64,000 nt of DNA from Lepidodermella squamata (Eukaryota > Animalia > Gastrotricha): assembly GCA_047495785.1 (NCBI GenBank), contig JBLDXI010000016.1, forward strand, positions 434,001 to 498,000. The letters run 5' to 3'. The position numbers were made by a program, and so were the translations under genes. Numbering within the stretch: the first letter of the stretch is position 1; the number at the start of each line of letters is the position of its first letter. Under the pieces are notes generated by a model that was given only the letters and a program-made list of their open reading frames with translations, was not told where the DNA came from and searched no databases. Positions 61,658 to 64,000 of the stretch are shown here, in pieces.

Positions 61658-62890
61658 CTGAGACACTGCTGGTTCATAGCATGATGACAGTTATGAGAGT
61701 CGTTCTACCTTAATTACCGATCTTCACTTTAAACGAACTAGTGATTTCTTTAGAGAACAGGGATTCAGTTCTGATTTTCAACCGGGATTCGTACCTCGAA
61801 AGATGATTTTACCTTTAGGAAGAGAATACTCAGTACCTTCCAATCATAACAAATCAAAAAGCCCAAATAAAGTACGAAATATAATTTTACTTGCCTAATT
61901 TTATTGAAACAGAAACCCATTCCGTGTTTCTCAAAGTGAAATAGAAAACATATATGCTCAATATTATACATAGCCATTCAGTTTTCCAGTATGGCAAAAT
62001 ATTGTCTTTGGCAGCTAAATATATCAGATTATTGACTGAAAAAATGGATCATCGCGACGTTTGCGCCAAGTTGCACAAAGCGTGAACAATTGCGTCTAAG
62101 ACCTATTAAAGCAGCAGGAATGGGGGTCAAAGCAATAAACCACTTCTAAACCGATCGAGAGATTCACGTGATGTTATATTAGATGAGAAGAGCGCTGTAT
62201 AATTCCTTTTTTTGTAAACAATGAGATAATTCGTAAAAAAACGTGGGAATTATAATCCCAGGTATTTCACCATATTTATCTGAATTTTTAGGATCCCCGG
62301 CTTTGAATAAGCTCTCGCGCGGCAGGGTTCTAGAGTTTCAGTACATTTTCGTGTAACGGGCTAATTAATTGTACATTAGCTGGCATGTCAGGCAATGGAA
62401 TCTTGGAAATACCCTTCTCCCTTCTCTTTGATAGCAAGTTTAGGTCTTCTATGTAGCCTAGATAAAGCGAGTTGTTTGACTTGGGTTTTTAATGCGAACG
62501 AAGCCATAAACGTAGGAATAATAATAAGGCGAGAAATTTAATGCTCACCCTTCTATTGCGCCAATTTTGGCGACGTTTCGACACATTCATGTGCTATCAT
62601 TTATTCCAGGCAAAACAAAGAAATAGGCTACAACATATATTGAGTGTAGAAAAAAGTACAACAAAGAGGATCAAATAGATAGCTTAGCTTTGATAGAGTC
62701 CTTTTGATTAATGAGGTTAGGCTTGACTGATTAAATGAAGAGAACAAGGAATCATGAATTTTTCAAACAGGAGACACCGGCTACTAGAAATCTTGGTATG
62801 TATTTAGTCCTCAGTCTTCAATTTTGGCCGTGTAGACCATAACAACTCGTTATAACAATTGGTCAACAACAGCTATTTCTGTTGATACAT

Positions 62891-63868
62891 TTATTGAACT
62901 CCCAGCACTCCTTGAAAATAAGATCCAACTTTGGTCCAAATTCCGTCCTCACCGAGCCTCCGCAACTCTATTGGATAAATTCCAAGCTTGTTTGACCCAT
63001 CGATGTTGTAGTATCGGCCATGCAAGCCATCGATCATCGTCACATTCGACGCATCCGAGAATAATTTTGAAACTGAGGCTGTCTTAAGATCCGAAATTGT
63101 TCGATTCTCTGTAAAAATATTTGTTCCAAATTTGATATGTTTTCAGCTCTAATTTCGTGAGACAGCATTCTCAGTGCTTCAGTGCTGGAAACCAAAACTT
63201 GAATCACATAAACTGCATTTTCCGAAATTTTTTTTATATTTCGAATTTTGTCACTATTTTAAGATCGGAGCAATTTTGTCTGATCTCATTGACGTATTGT
63301 TACTCAGTTTTTTCATTTATTTCTTGAACATATATGAGTTGAAAATATTACCTTGGCTTAGTCGATTCGCTATATTTCCTAGAATTTTCCCAGTGTATAG
63401 CACCAGATCGTAGCATCTTGAAGATGGATGCGTTTTGACCGGAGAATCGTTGCCCAAATCAGCAATTTTCGCGTTCATAACTTGATCAAACTCATCCGCC
63501 GAAAGCTGCGAACCATTCACGTAATCACGCGGCGAAAAAGTTGAAATAGGCGCCTCCGTAATAGAAACGACCGAATCATTCATGACTTGTCTCACGGCCC
63601 CATATGGACATTTTCTTTCATAATGATAACTCGAATGCCCAAGAGCGTCTTCCGATTCGGCACCTGTGACTAGAATTGTAACATTTGGCCCGTAAAGTCC
63701 GTAACGAAAAAGTTGACAAAATGCATCGTAGAGCGAAGCAACGTTAACAATAATCAAATTGGGATTCTGCAGTCGCAAAGCCTCGCCGTAGTTATAATCG
63801 CCAGAAATGTAATGTCGCCGCGCAGTTATATTGCGATTCGAAAATCGTCCAATTAAGGAAGCTTCAAA
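62891..63868 (-). CDS. Venus-flytrap copy 4, exons 4-5 (continues beyond the window)
   Basis: Exon 63868-about 63352 and exon about 63108-62891, ending FQGVLGVQ*. Confidence 0.8.
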
Positions 63869-64000
63869 CTAAAGTTAATATTTTAAAATTAAAACAAATC
63901 GTGGTTGGAAATTTTGAAATAAAAAAATCAAGAATTTTACAGTTTCGAAGTGCCTATTTGTACATAATTTTCAAAAGTGACCTACTTGTTATTTCACGAA

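Overview
Eukaryotic DNA, most likely from an invertebrate animal with a compact genome (many 50-70 nt GT-AG introns); the species cannot be identified from this window. From left to right: (i) a frameshifted Crypton-like tyrosine-recombinase remnant; (ii) a multi-exon astacin-EGF-CUB-kringle gene that has lost its zinc ligands and carries MITEs in its introns; (iii) a TE nest at about 9.5-27.3 kb, made of a satellite-bearing element with an inverted arm, a CR1/L2-group LINE with a 2A-like motif, and inside the LINE a 5,050-bp Zator-type transposon with 144-bp TIRs that carries a second, divergently transcribed coiled-coil/BEN-like gene; (iv) an orphan ORF, a nucleoredoxin-like gene and a CUB-CUB-trypsin homologue with Ser195->Asn; (v) five same-strand secreted Tyr/Gly/Gln-rich structural-protein genes sharing a short L-x-x-[VIL]-[VI]-[KRQ]-x-Q-L motif; (vi) a minus-strand tandem array of at least four (plus a fragment) GABA-B-like Venus-flytrap genes that all stop before any transmembrane domain, interrupted by a small PAN/apple gene and a very young, integrase-deleted Tf1/sushi-type chromovirus with a self-priming PBS. 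Best candidates for undescribed biology: the soluble VFT array, the structural-protein cluster with its pseudoprotease neighbour, and the two-gene Zator. All gene models were spliced by eye and family calls come from remembered motifs, not database searches.
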